A stretch of DNA of 64,000 nucleotides from Lysobacterales bacterium (GCA_022844165.1 JALHMH010000004.1:32001-96000); one strand, 5' to 3'. Counted from the first letter of the stretch, positions 9,073-19,049 are shown. Notes: generated from the sequence alone by a model not told the origin. A program made the numbers and translations.

Positions 9073-10548
9073 ATGAACTGGACCTTGCTCATCCAAGGAA
9101 ATGCTGGTGAGGGGCATTCGGGCGCAGGCCACACGGGAACTGATACGGAAGATTCGGGAGACAAAGCCGAAATGGGAAACAACTCTGACATCGATTTCGT
9201 GCTTCGTTTTGAAACGGCTCCCAAGGGAACCGTCTACCTCTCGGTCTCGTGGCAGCCCGATTCAGGCAAGGATTTCGGGTACAAAGTCATCCGGAAGCTG
9301 GATGAGGAGAGGTACCTGGCCGTCGGCGATGTCAAGGGGTTCGCAGATATGAACACCGCGCGCCTCAGGAGAATCATGGGCCAAGCTGACGCATTCCTGT
9401 CGCTCCTTCCGTTCCGACCCGACAAGCCGTTGAAGACGTCTGGATTTATGCTTGACGAGATCCAACTGGCAGTAGAACTCGGAATCCCGATTGGCATTCT
9501 TTATGACGCTCGGATCTCACCGGTTATCACAGACGAACCTGGCAGGGATTCCGTTGTCGTCGCCACAAGCGACAGGCAGATCACCATCCCGCGAGAACGT
9601 CTGGCATTGCTCACGCCATTTGATTTCGGTGTTAGGAGGTCGGAGGAGCTTCAGCTCGTCGAACTCGCCGAGTTTCTCAGGAAGGTAACCACACGGCAGT
9701 CTGTTGTGGGTCCCTATGCATTCTTGATTTCCCGCCTGCAGCCAGACTTCCGTCTTCCACGGGAGGCCTGCCTAGCCGCCGCAGAGCGCGGATCTGGTGT
9801 GCCTTGCTACTGGATTGACTCCGAAGACTACCGGAGCAATGTTGACGACACGATCGATCGCGCCCGCTTGCTGATCAAGCACGCCACTTTTGTTGTTGCG
9901 GAGATATCCCTGACCGACGAAAACCCCGACTTTGACAATCCGAGCCGAGCACATGAGATCGGGTTAGCCACCGCTTATGGGAAGGTAGTGTTCCCAGTTT
10001 CCCATGCACCGCGTCGTCATCCGTACCACGGCCTCGTGGATCAGCAGTTGGTCTGGTGGGATGACGAAGAAGACCTTTTCGAGAAGCTTGTCGCTGCCGT
10101 GCATGCAAAAAGGGGATTAATCGGTCGGCACGTCTACAACTGGGAGCTGGAACGAGTTGACAAGGGACAGATGCCGCAGTTTCGATCGCCTAGGTTTGAG
10201 CCAGAAGGGGACCGTTGGCAACCACCAACCAACGCGGCAGAAAACCAGACTCAAGGTTGGATCTACGCTGTCAGTTTCGGAGTGATCGCATTCACCGTGG
10301 CGCTGCTACTTCGTCACGGGGTCGGTTATGACGATTCACTCGACCTAGCGGCGATACTTGCGGGGGTCGCTACCTTCATGTTTTCGTCGAGAATCAGCAG
10401 AAGCATCCAGTCGGCACTGACGCGAATTCGGTATCTAAGATGGCTCATACCCTGGATCGCGGCGCTACTCCTAGCCGCTACCATTGTTTTTCTCAGTCCG
10501 AGCGGGGATGGTGACCCGCCGGGTAGAGAGGAACGAAACGAGCGATAA
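9073..10548 (+). CDS. Tandem TIR/nucleoside 2-deoxyribosyltransferase-like domains plus about 3 C-terminal TM helices
   Basis: VYLSVSW..SGFMLDEIQLAVELGIPI and AFLIS..FVVAEIS..NPSRAHEIGLATAYGK; hydrophobic C-terminus; start uncertain. Confidence 0.65.
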   Translation: MNWTLLIQGNAGEGHSGAGHTGTDTEDSGDKAEMGNNSDIDFVLRFETAPKGTVYLSVSWQPDSGKDFGYKVIRKLDEERYLAVGDVKGFADMNTARLRRIMGQADAFLSLLPFRPDKPLKTSGFMLDEIQLAVELGIPIGILYDARISPVITDEPGRDSVVVATSDRQITIPRERLALLTPFDFGVRRSEELQLVELAEFLRKVTTRQSVVGPYAFLISRLQPDFRLPREACLAAAERGSGVPCYWIDSEDYRSNVDDTIDRARLLIKHATFVVAEISLTDENPDFDNPSRAHEIGLATAYGKVVFPVSHAPRRHPYHGLVDQQLVWWDDEEDLFEKLVAAVHAKRGLIGRHVYNWELERVDKGQMPQFRSPRFEPEGDRWQPPTNAAENQTQGWIYAVSFGVIAFTVALLLRHGVGYDDSLDLAAILAGVATFMFSSRISRSIQSALTRIRYLRWLIPWIAALLLAATIVFLSPSGDGDPPGREERNER

Positions 10549-10998
10549 ACAAGCGATAAACTCCAGGGGACGCATGTACGCCTCCGGTTAACACCTGATT
10601 CGCTTCTAGGTTTCGCTTGAACTCTTTCCGCTTGGGTCAACACCGCCTCGTCTCGATATTCGAGCTCGGAAAGGCGCCGGCGCGGATCGGATTGAGATTG
10701 ACGTAGGCCATCGCTGACCGTCACCGTACCAGAGTCCAACGCTCGGCCCACGACTCGTGCCCACACCGTCGCTGGTGCGACCGTCGCCTGGGGGGCTCTG
10801 AACAAGTCAGAGATTCCGCCGGCCAAGGAAGGCCGGCCCGTCATTAAAGCAAGCAAGTGATGGAATGCTGGAAACCAAGTCCGAACGTACGCCAGACTGA
10901 AGCGTGGGCCTACAAGTCCAGCATGGACTTGTTTAGACCTTCCCTAAGAGCCAGACTGGCCGAAAAGACGCAGCGCCGATTCTGCAAGGAACGCCTTT

Positions 10999-11805
10999 TT
11001 GGCCAAGTCTGCTCACAACTGGATCGTGCGTGCGCCTGGCGAGGTGTCGCGTGTGGAGGCCTGTTTCACCGGCCAGCCCTTTGCACCGCATCGGCACGAC
11101 ACTTATGCCGTGGCGATCACGGTCGCTGGCGTGCAGAGCTTCCGCTACCGCGGTGCGGCGCGGCAATCGCTGCCGGGTCAGGTTGTCGTGATCCATCCCG
11201 ACGAGTTGCACGACGGCCGCGCCGGCGATGGCGCGGTGTTTCGCTATCGGAGCCTGTACCTTCAACCCACCGATCTGCAGTCCATTCTGGGCGGTCGATC
11301 GCTGCCGTTTCTTGACGGCGGCGTGTCGAGCCATCCGCGTCTCGTCCGTGCGACGCGTGCCTTGCTGGAGGATCTGACGCGCCCGCTCGAATCGACGGAA
11401 TGCGACGAAGCCCTGCATGATCTGGCCATCGCTCTGCTCGAAGCCGCCGGCGCGCCGCTCAGGCCCGCCCGCGTCGACTACGCCGCCGTGCAGCGCGCGC
11501 GCGAGTATGTCGACGCGCATCTCGACGATACGATTGAGCTGGCGACGCTCGCGCAGATTTGCGGGCGCGATCGCTGGCAGTTGTCGCGCGATTTTCGGGC
11601 CGTGCTCGGCGCAAGTCCTTATCGCTACGCGGTGCTGCGCCGCCTCGATCGCGCGCGCGCGATGATGCGCACGAGGCAGTCGCTCGCCGACGTCGCCATC
11701 GCCTGCGGCTTCGCCGATCAAAGCCATTTCACGCGACACTTCAAGAAGACCTTCGGCATGACGCCGAGCACCTGGTCTGCGCACGAGCGTTCAAGACCCG
11801 ACTGA
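10999..11805 (+). CDS. AraC-family transcriptional regulator
   Basis: PHRHDTY..HPDELHDG cupin domain; LADVAIACGFADQSHFTRHFKKTFGMTP. Confidence 0.92.
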   Translation: MAKSAHNWIVRAPGEVSRVEACFTGQPFAPHRHDTYAVAITVAGVQSFRYRGAARQSLPGQVVVIHPDELHDGRAGDGAVFRYRSLYLQPTDLQSILGGRSLPFLDGGVSSHPRLVRATRALLEDLTRPLESTECDEALHDLAIALLEAAGAPLRPARVDYAAVQRAREYVDAHLDDTIELATLAQICGRDRWQLSRDFRAVLGASPYRYAVLRRLDRARAMMRTRQSLADVAIACGFADQSHFTRHFKKTFGMTPSTWSAHERSRPD

Positions 11806-12067
11806 GGCTTCGCGATCCCGATCGTGGTCGCACGACCGCCGATATTGCGCTCTCCCACCGAGACTCTCGACGTCCGCGCGCGCCGACGTGCGTTTGCCGC
11901 TGATGGCACCGGCGCGCCGAACAGCGGCGATCTGGCCACGGCCCGCCGCGCGATCTGAATCGCGCACGATCGTTCTAGAGCGCTCGCGCTTTCCGTCACT
12001 ATCGTTCCGCTCATCAACCGAAGTCCCCGCTACGACCTGACGCCCGCTCCGGAGCCAACGCTTGCCG

Positions 12068-13405
12068 ATGAAGACCCTTGCCACGCTTTCGTATTTGCTG
12101 CGCCGCCTGGCCGTTCTGGGCCTGCTGCTGGGCTGCATGAGCTGGACTGCGCCTGCCCAGGCCGCCGGCGATCATGCCGAGCATGCTCCCATTGCGGTGG
12201 TAGCCGTCGACGACGCGTGGCGCGCGGCCTTGCCCCGTGACGCGGCCTTGGCCACCCAGGCCTATCTGGACCGCCTGCCCGCCGAGGCCGTGCAGCGCGC
12301 CAATCGCTACGAAGAAGGCGGCTACTGGCTGCAGCTTTGGGAGTTCCTGCTCGGCCTGGCCATCGCCGCGCTGATGCTCGGGGGACGTCGTTCGGCGCGC
12401 GTGCGCGACCGGGCGCAGCGGGTGGGGCGCTTTGCCTGGCTGCGCGACGGCCTCTATGGCGCCGTCTACGGCTTCAGCGCGGCGCTGCTGGCCCTGCCAC
12501 TAACCTTCTACCGAGGCTATGTGCGCGAACACGCCTATGGCATGTCCACGCAGAGTCTGTGGGACTGGGGATCGGAGCAGATGGTGTCCCTGGCCATCGA
12601 GGCGGTGGGCGCGGCCCCGGCGGTGGCCGTGCTCTACGCGGTGATCCGTCGCGCCGGTGAGCGCTGGTGGTTATGGGGCACGGCCGCGTGCAGCGCCCTG
12701 CTGGCGCTGATGCTGTTGGTGAGCCCGGTGCTGATCGCGCCCCTGTTCAACACCTACAAGCCGCTGGAACCCGGCCCGGTGCGCGATGCGGTGCTGATGA
12801 TGGCGCGGTCCAACGGCGTGCCGACCGACGAGGTCTACGCCGTCGATGCCTCGCGCCAGACCCAGCGCATCAGCGCCAACGTCAGCGGCCTCGGCGGCAC
12901 CGCCGCCATCCGGCTCAACGACAACCTGTTGAATCGCACCTCGTTGCCCGAGATCCGCGCCGTCATGGCGCATGAGCTGGGCCATTACGTGCTGAACCAT
13001 GCGCCCAAGATGCTGATGCAGTTCAGCTTGCTGATCCTGTTCGGCTTCCTGTTCTGCCAGTGGGCCATGCAGCGCCTGTTCGCACGCTTCGGCGAACGCT
13101 GGGGCACGCGGGCGGCGGGCGACGTGGCCAGCCTGCCCTTGCTGGCGGCGCTGTTCTCGGTCTTCATGATGGGCGCCACACCGGTCTTCAACACCATCAT
13201 CCGCACCCAGGAGATCGAGGCCGACCGCTTTGGCCTGAACCTGGCGCGCGATCCGCACGGCTTTGCCGAAGTGATGCTGAAACTGGCGGATTACCGCAAG
13301 CCCGAACCTGGCGCCCTCGAAGAAGTCGTGTTCTTCCACCACCCGAGCGCGCGGCACCGCATCCATGACGCGATGCGCTGGCGGGAGGCGATGGGGACGC
13401 CTTGA
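12068..13405 (+). CDS. M48 (Ste24-like) membrane zinc protease
   Basis: AVMAHELGH, QEIEADRF, HHPSARHRI; multiple TM segments. Confidence 0.92.
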   Translation: MKTLATLSYLLRRLAVLGLLLGCMSWTAPAQAAGDHAEHAPIAVVAVDDAWRAALPRDAALATQAYLDRLPAEAVQRANRYEEGGYWLQLWEFLLGLAIAALMLGGRRSARVRDRAQRVGRFAWLRDGLYGAVYGFSAALLALPLTFYRGYVREHAYGMSTQSLWDWGSEQMVSLAIEAVGAAPAVAVLYAVIRRAGERWWLWGTAACSALLALMLLVSPVLIAPLFNTYKPLEPGPVRDAVLMMARSNGVPTDEVYAVDASRQTQRISANVSGLGGTAAIRLNDNLLNRTSLPEIRAVMAHELGHYVLNHAPKMLMQFSLLILFGFLFCQWAMQRLFARFGERWGTRAAGDVASLPLLAALFSVFMMGATPVFNTIIRTQEIEADRFGLNLARDPHGFAEVMLKLADYRKPEPGALEEVVFFHHPSARHRIHDAMRWREAMGTP

Positions 13406-13448
13406 CCCTGGCGTGCAGGCGCCCGTTGGTCCCCAGACCGTGGATGCC

Positions 13449-13508
13449 CAGATCGTGGACAGGCACTGTTTCGGTAGATCGTGCAGATCGTGGACAGGCA
13501 CTGTTTCG
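13449..13508 (+). repeat. Two perfect 25-bp direct repeats
   Basis: CAGATCGTGGACAGGCACTGTTTCG at 13449 and 13484. Confidence 0.9.
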
Positions 13509-13785
13509 AGTCGTGATCAGATCAAGAGGCCGGTAGGCCTCCGGCCGCCCCAGCTTGCGCCGGCCAAGCGTGCGATTTGACGCGACCTCAGGCCAACGCC
13601 GGTCTCAAGGTATGCGGCAGCACTGCGCCGATGCGGCTGGCCGGCATCGTTGGCAATCGCCCGAGTACGACGTGCAGCACTCCCCAACCAGCGTGCGCGA
13701 TCCGGCGAGGGCTGCGCTCACCCCGAAGCACCGCGCCAGTCACAAACAATCGAAGACTTGCGCGTGCAACCGGGGAGGCGTCTAC

Positions 13786-14012
13786 CTATGTCGTGGTTCC
13801 GGTCCCGAAGCGGGACAGCAGGCTTCGGATGGTCGCTGCCGAACACTCGGCCACAAAGCGCATGAGAAGCTCGTATCGGCCGTCGTCGGCAGCAGCGAGC
13901 GCGTCGAGGTAGTGGGACTTCGGCGGGAATTCGATGGGCAAGGGGCGCCCGGTGCTGCGCTCCAGGCAGATGGCGGCCAGGGCGCGTGCGACCCGTCCAT
14001 TGCCGTCGGCGA
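13786..14012 (-). pseudogene. Fic-domain protein C-terminal fragment
   Basis: FADGNGRVARAL..YLDALAAAD; 5' part missing. Confidence 0.8.
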
Positions 14013-14089
14013 ACCTGGATGGGCAACCCGTCGTCGGTGCGGCGATCGGTGCCGGCTCTCCAGGCGGTTGCCGAATCCAAAGGCGCGCT

Positions 14090-15517
14090 TCACTCAAATC
14101 CGTTGCCGAACAATTGGTCGTCGCGGATGCGGAAGGCCCACATGTCGAAGTTCTGGGGATTGCCGAGGATGTCGCTGGTGATGTAACCGGCGGCGACGAG
14201 GCGTCGCTGCGGGTCGAAGGCGATGGCGGAAAGGCCCGCATCGATGCTGGGGCTGTCGAGATTGTAGGTGCCGAAGCCGCCATCGCCGAACCCGGGATCG
14301 GGCGCGCCACCGAGCGCCGGGTCGAAACGCACGAGATGGCCGCGCCAGCCGGGGCTGGTGAGCCCGGTGGTGAAAGCCAGGTAGACGCGACCGCGATCGT
14401 CGCGTGCAATGTCGCCAAGGCTGACAAAGGCGCCGTCGCCGCCGCAGCAGGATGCGCGGGTGCTGGTGCTGCCGACCGTCGCCAGCGCAGAGGTGGCGAG
14501 GTCAAGTTCGCGGGCGCCGAAGGACGATGCCGGGACGTCGGGGCAGGCAGCGTTGTCGATGCTCTGCTGCTGCGCGATGTACGCGCGCGCGCCGGTCGAG
14601 ACCACGGCCGTGTAGTAGAGCCAGCGCTGGCCGGCGTTGGCTGCGCAATCCAGAGGGGAGTCGACTCGCGCGTGTTCCAGCAGCCCGGTCGGTCCGAGCA
14701 CGAGGGCGGTGCCGTAGGCGACGGATTCGCTCGAACGGCCAGTGTAGCCGACGACGACAAGTCGGCCGTTGGCATCCACGGCCATCCCTAAGAGGTAGTC
14801 GCGGTAGTCGCGGCGATTCTGCGAGTCGACATGGCCCCACCGGAAGGAAAACTCGTTGTTCCAGTTCGGACGTGCGCCGCCGGTGAGCGAGTAAGCGTTG
14901 ACCCAGAGATCGATACTGGTGAACTGGTCAGCGAAGGGGGAGGAGCCGGCGACGAAGATGCCCCCTGCATCAGCGGCGATCGCGATCGGCTCCTGGTTGA
15001 TGAAGCCCACCACGCCGCCGTTGCCGATGCTGGTGACCGGGTTGCCCGCGAAATTGATCAGGACGACGAAGCCGAACACGTTGCCGTCCACGAAGTTGCC
15101 TGCGATCGCGATGCCCACACCGGGCACGATCGCGGCGTCGGCGACGGTCACATCGCGGAGCATGCCGGATGAGGTCAGCTTGAAGCTTCGTTGACCCGTG
15201 CCGAAAAAGCCGGTGTTGAGCTGGCCGTTGGCATCGAGGCTGGTGATCGAGATGGCTTTCTGTACCGGCTGGACCCCGGCCGCGGTGACCCCGGTGCCGA
15301 CCAGGTAGTGGGTGCCTGAGCTGGTGATCAGCAGGCGTTGCGGGGTGGACGACAGATAGGTACTGGTGCCGAGGAATGAGGTGATCTTGGCGAAGCCCTG
15401 CGGCGCGGCAAAGTCGGGGTCGCGGTTTGGGGTGTCGGCGCGGGACGTGCCAGCCGAAAGGAGGACGAGGCACAGCGAGATCTGGCGCAGGCAGACAATC
15501 AGCGAACGGCAGAACAC
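14090..15517 (-). CDS. Secreted beta-propeller (delta-60-repeat-like) protein with terminal FGNGFE
   Basis: Signal peptide; DPDF, LDANGQLNTGF, DPGFGDGG repeats; ends DDQLFGNGFE*. Confidence 0.85.
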   Translation of the reverse strand: MFCRSLIVCLRQISLCLVLLSAGTSRADTPNRDPDFAAPQGFAKITSFLGTSTYLSSTPQRLLITSSGTHYLVGTGVTAAGVQPVQKAISITSLDANGQLNTGFFGTGQRSFKLTSSGMLRDVTVADAAIVPGVGIAIAGNFVDGNVFGFVVLINFAGNPVTSIGNGGVVGFINQEPIAIAADAGGIFVAGSSPFADQFTSIDLWVNAYSLTGGARPNWNNEFSFRWGHVDSQNRRDYRDYLLGMAVDANGRLVVVGYTGRSSESVAYGTALVLGPTGLLEHARVDSPLDCAANAGQRWLYYTAVVSTGARAYIAQQQSIDNAACPDVPASSFGARELDLATSALATVGSTSTRASCCGGDGAFVSLGDIARDDRGRVYLAFTTGLTSPGWRGHLVRFDPALGGAPDPGFGDGGFGTYNLDSPSIDAGLSAIAFDPQRRLVAAGYITSDILGNPQNFDMWAFRIRDDQLFGNGFE

Positions 15518-15932
15518 GATGCGGGCTCCGGGTGGCGACGCGGCGGGCTGCCGCGGCGCGCACTGTGCAAGCGCTGCCGAGCAGCTGCTTGATCACCAGA
15601 TTATCGGTACCTTATCGGCGCGCTCAGAGCACGTAAGGCATTGAACGAAATAGGATTTGGCGTAGGAAGTTGCGCGCTGGCAGATGGCAACCGCTCGCTT
15701 CTGCGGCTCGATCGCCCCGGACGCCGTGTTTCGGAATGGCTTTGAGTTGGCGAATTGAGGGCAGCGTACAGCCGGCCGCACGCTGCAATAACCGGGTTGT
15801 CACACGAGGGTCGCCCCTACAACGGCACCACTTAACCCTGACGATTCACGCTCCTCTACTATCCGCTCAAGCCGCTTTCGCTCGTGGCGGCGCTGAGTTG
15901 CAATGCGTGAGCCCCAAGAAAGGAGGATTGAG

Positions 15933-16442
15933 ATGCCCGAGTACCGCAGGAACCTGGACATCTACCAGGGCTACAACTACACGAATGACAAGCAGACACC
16001 GGTCGGCTTTATCACGCAGATGCAGATCGGCACCCTGGCGCTCGCTGCAGATCAGACGGTCAAAAACCCGAGCGACGCCACCATGGACCTGCAGGTCGTC
16101 GGCGTGATGAGCGGCGTCCTGTGGGAGACCGGCGTGACCGATGCCGTCTTCCTGGCGGCGCAGATCTCGATGACGAATCGCCAGGAAGTCGCGCGCCTGG
16201 TGATGGGCAGCCTCACCAACATCCAGGTCGTCTTCCAGTTCTCGATCTACGAGTACGATTCGCTCGCGCAGAGGTACTTCCTCGCGTTCCACAGCACAAG
16301 CACGGACATGAACGGGGTGCTCCAAGCGCGCGGCGCGGAGCTCAACCTGTCTGTGGCCGACGATCCCTCGCCGGAGGTGCCGTCACCCGAGAACTATGCG
16401 TTCCAGATCGCGATCAACCCGCGTAAGGCGGATTCCCCGTAG
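15933..16442 (+). CDS. Conserved-looking hypothetical protein, probably 3'-truncated at the REP
   Basis: Strong AAGGAGG RBS and good codon bias; the stop codon is the TAG of the REP GTAG motif. Confidence 0.7.
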   Translation: MPEYRRNLDIYQGYNYTNDKQTPVGFITQMQIGTLALAADQTVKNPSDATMDLQVVGVMSGVLWETGVTDAVFLAAQISMTNRQEVARLVMGSLTNIQVVFQFSIYEYDSLAQRYFLAFHSTSTDMNGVLQARGAELNLSVADDPSPEVPSPENYAFQIAINPRKADSP

Positions 16443-16587
16443 GGTGGAACCCGCACACGCTTCATCGTGCGGATTCCACCGTTACGCGCACGGCACGATG
16501 AACGATGGTTGTCGCGGGCCGGCGGCGGAAACCGCGCGGACGGATCGCGGCACGGTCATTGGATTCGGCGCGCGGGTTCCGCCCTAC
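16439..16587. repeat. REPIN: inverted doublet of GTAG-type REPs (repeat D, copy 2)
   Basis: GTAGGGTGGAACCCGC ... GCGGGTTCCGCCCTAC. Confidence 0.9.
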
Positions 16588-16596
16588 GTCTGCTGT

Positions 16597-16860
16597 ACCT
16601 GGATGGGCAACCCATCGTCGGTGCGGCGATCGGTGCCGGCTCAGCGCGTCGGTTCTGATCTCGCCACGCTGCGCTGGCCTGGCACAGGCAGACGATCAGC
16701 GAACGGCAGAACACGATGCGGGCTCCGGGTGGCGACGCGGCGGGCTGCCGCGGCGCGCACTGTGCAAGCGCTGCCGAGCAGCTGCTTGATCACCAGATTA
16801 TCGGTACCTTATCGGCGTGCCAGGAGCATGTAAGTTGTTGAACGAGAGAGGAGTTTGCGT
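16597..16860 (-). repeat. Copy of both flanks of the 14090-15517 gene without the gene body
   Basis: 16597-16642 matches 14013-14058; 16679-16860 matches 15482-15663. Confidence 0.85.
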
Positions 16861-16958
16861 GGCTCTGTCAACACGGAGATCGAGATGATGAAAGTGCTGC
16901 ACGTCGCCCGGTCCGCGCCCGCCCTGGGCCGGGCGTTGCTGCTACGAGCGCCGCTGCG

Positions 16959-18341
16959 TCATGCTCGGTTTCGCCGTAGGAAGCTCACCTTCATGGGTGT
17001 TTTGGGTTTGAGTGCCAGGTCAACGAAGGGCTGCGGCAGTTCATCGCCTGATGCCAGATCAAGCTCGAAATGACGCACCAGATGGGCCGCAATCAGCGCG
17101 ATTTCCACGCTGGCGAACTGCTGGCCTAAGCAAAACCGTGGGCCCGCGCCAAAGGGCATGAACGCGCCGCGCGGGATCGGCGGGGCGTCGGGCAGGAAGC
17201 GCCCCGGGTCGAAGGATTCCGGGTTCGCAAAGTAGCGTTCGTTGCGATGCATCTGCCAGATCGGCGCCACCACCAGGGTGCCCTTGCGCACGGCGGTTCC
17301 GGCAATCTCCAGATGGCGCTTGGCAACCCGCGTGAACAGGGCAGTGGAGGGCGGATAGATCCGCATGGCTTCCTTGATCGTCGCGTTCAGCAAAGGCAGG
17401 CGCGCCACGGCCGCGAGGTCCAGATTGTCGGCGAAAGCGGCATCGACTTCGGTGCGCAGCTCAGACATCACCTCCGGGTGGGTCGCCATCAAGCCGATCC
17501 ACCAGGTCAAGGCAGATGCGGACGTATCGAATCCTGCGCCGAACAGCAGCATGCAGTTGTCGAGGACTTCCTGGGTGCTGAGCCGGGCGGTGGCGTCACC
17601 CGCGGCCAGCATCATGTCCAGCACGTCGCCGTCGGCAGGGTCCGCTTCGGTCTGGCCTTCACCCCGACGCTGCAGACGCGCATCCACATGGGCCGCAATC
17701 AAGTCCCGCAGCGTCTTCAAATGTCTCATTTTCTCCGCGCGCCCTGGATACGGGAACCAAGCGGGCGGAACCAGCGCCCAATAGACCTCGCGCATGCTCT
17801 GGCGGGAGAGCGCACGGATCGCCACCGAGGCCTGGCGGGTTTCTTCGCGCGAGCTCGCATGGGAAAACAAGGTCCGCAGGATCACGTCCATGGTGATGCG
17901 CGTGGTGAACGCATCGACATCGATGCTGGTGGATTGCCCTGAATCGGCAGGCAATTCCTGGCCCACGCAGTGGTCGATCGCCGCCTGCATCAGGGCCATA
18001 TAGCCGCACATGCGTTTGGGCGAAAACGCGGGCGTGAGCAGGCGCCGCTGCCGTTCCCAGTCCGCGCCTTCGGTGGTCAGCACGTTCCTTCCTTGGAAGG
18101 ACTCGAAGATGCGCAACAGGCGGGCTTCGCGCTCGAAATCATCGTGATGATCGACAAGGATCTTGCGGACTGCCTCCGGGGCGAAGAAATAAACGATCCG
18201 GCGAAACAGGATGTCGAGTTCAGCCACGTCGCCGCACTGATGCTGCAATCGAGTGGCTGCAGCGAGGGGATCGGCCTGGATTGCCTTGAGCAGCGGCAGG
18301 CCGAGAAAAGGAGCTTTGATCACGTTGGAGTGATGGGACAT
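16959..18341 (-). CDS. Cytochrome P450
   Basis: AGFDTS (I-helix), EAMR (ExxR), FGAGPRFCLG heme motif. Confidence 0.95.
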   Translation of the reverse strand: MSHHSNVIKAPFLGLPLLKAIQADPLAAATRLQHQCGDVAELDILFRRIVYFFAPEAVRKILVDHHDDFEREARLLRIFESFQGRNVLTTEGADWERQRRLLTPAFSPKRMCGYMALMQAAIDHCVGQELPADSGQSTSIDVDAFTTRITMDVILRTLFSHASSREETRQASVAIRALSRQSMREVYWALVPPAWFPYPGRAEKMRHLKTLRDLIAAHVDARLQRRGEGQTEADPADGDVLDMMLAAGDATARLSTQEVLDNCMLLFGAGFDTSASALTWWIGLMATHPEVMSELRTEVDAAFADNLDLAAVARLPLLNATIKEAMRIYPPSTALFTRVAKRHLEIAGTAVRKGTLVVAPIWQMHRNERYFANPESFDPGRFLPDAPPIPRGAFMPFGAGPRFCLGQQFASVEIALIAAHLVRHFELDLASGDELPQPFVDLALKPKTPMKVSFLRRNRA

Positions 18342-18369
18342 GAGGACGGTCCGATGGGAAAAATCTGGG

Positions 18370-19014
18370 TCAGCTCGCCGCCGCGTCACGCGCGCTTGCG
18401 ACCCCGTACATCACGAGATCGAAGGCACTGAGAAAGCGCTGCGCAAGATCCGGCTCCGGTTCGGCCAGCCATGCATGGATCGCAGCGAACAACAGGTATT
18501 CGAAGTTCATCGCCAGTTGTTCTGCGCCTGGATCCGGCTTGACTTCGCCAGATTGCTGTGCGGCCCCAAACATCGCCGCCAGAATCTGGCGACCATCACT
18601 GCTGGCGTCGACCGAAGCCGGGCTTCGTTCGTCAGGCCGCCGCGTCAGGTAGCGAATGTAGTGCGGCAGGTAGGCTCTGCGCTCACTGTGCCAGGCGGCG
18701 GACTCGCGCAGCAGGTAGCGCATTCTCGAATCGAATGTCCGATGCGTTTGCAACGCTTTCGCGCGTTCGGCCATGCCATCGGCAATGTCCAGGCGGAATC
18801 GATGGGCGATCAGCGCTTCTTTGACCGGGAAGTACTTGTAAAGCGTGGCCTTGGCGACATCGGCCACCTCGGCGACCTGCTCCATGGAGACCGCGTCGTA
18901 GCCGTGGGCCTCGAACAGACGGTAGGCGGTGGCCGACAGGTGATCGGCGGTCTGATCCTGCTTGCGCTGGCGGCGCGACATTTGAGGCTGGGCAGGGGTC
19001 ACTGTAGTAGTCAT
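18370..19014 (-). CDS. TetR-family regulator
   Basis: LFEAHGYDAVSMEQVAEVADVAKATLYKYFPVKEAL. Confidence 0.92.
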   Translation of the reverse strand: MTTTVTPAQPQMSRRQRKQDQTADHLSATAYRLFEAHGYDAVSMEQVAEVADVAKATLYKYFPVKEALIAHRFRLDIADGMAERAKALQTHRTFDSRMRYLLRESAAWHSERRAYLPHYIRYLTRRPDERSPASVDASSDGRQILAAMFGAAQQSGEVKPDPGAEQLAMNFEYLLFAAIHAWLAEPEPDLAQRFLSAFDLVMYGVASARDAAAS

Positions 19015-19017
19015 TTG

Positions 19018-19047
19018 CATACGACGTTCAAAACTATACGTCGTATG
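19018..19047. promoter_or_regulatory. Perfect inverted repeat, candidate TetR operator
   Basis: CATACGACGT-N10-ACGTCGTATG immediately upstream of tetR. Confidence 0.65.
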
Positions 19048-19049
19048 GA

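Noticed and set aside
13449-13508. CRISPR array
   Set aside because: Only two repeats, a 10-nt spacer and no cas genes.
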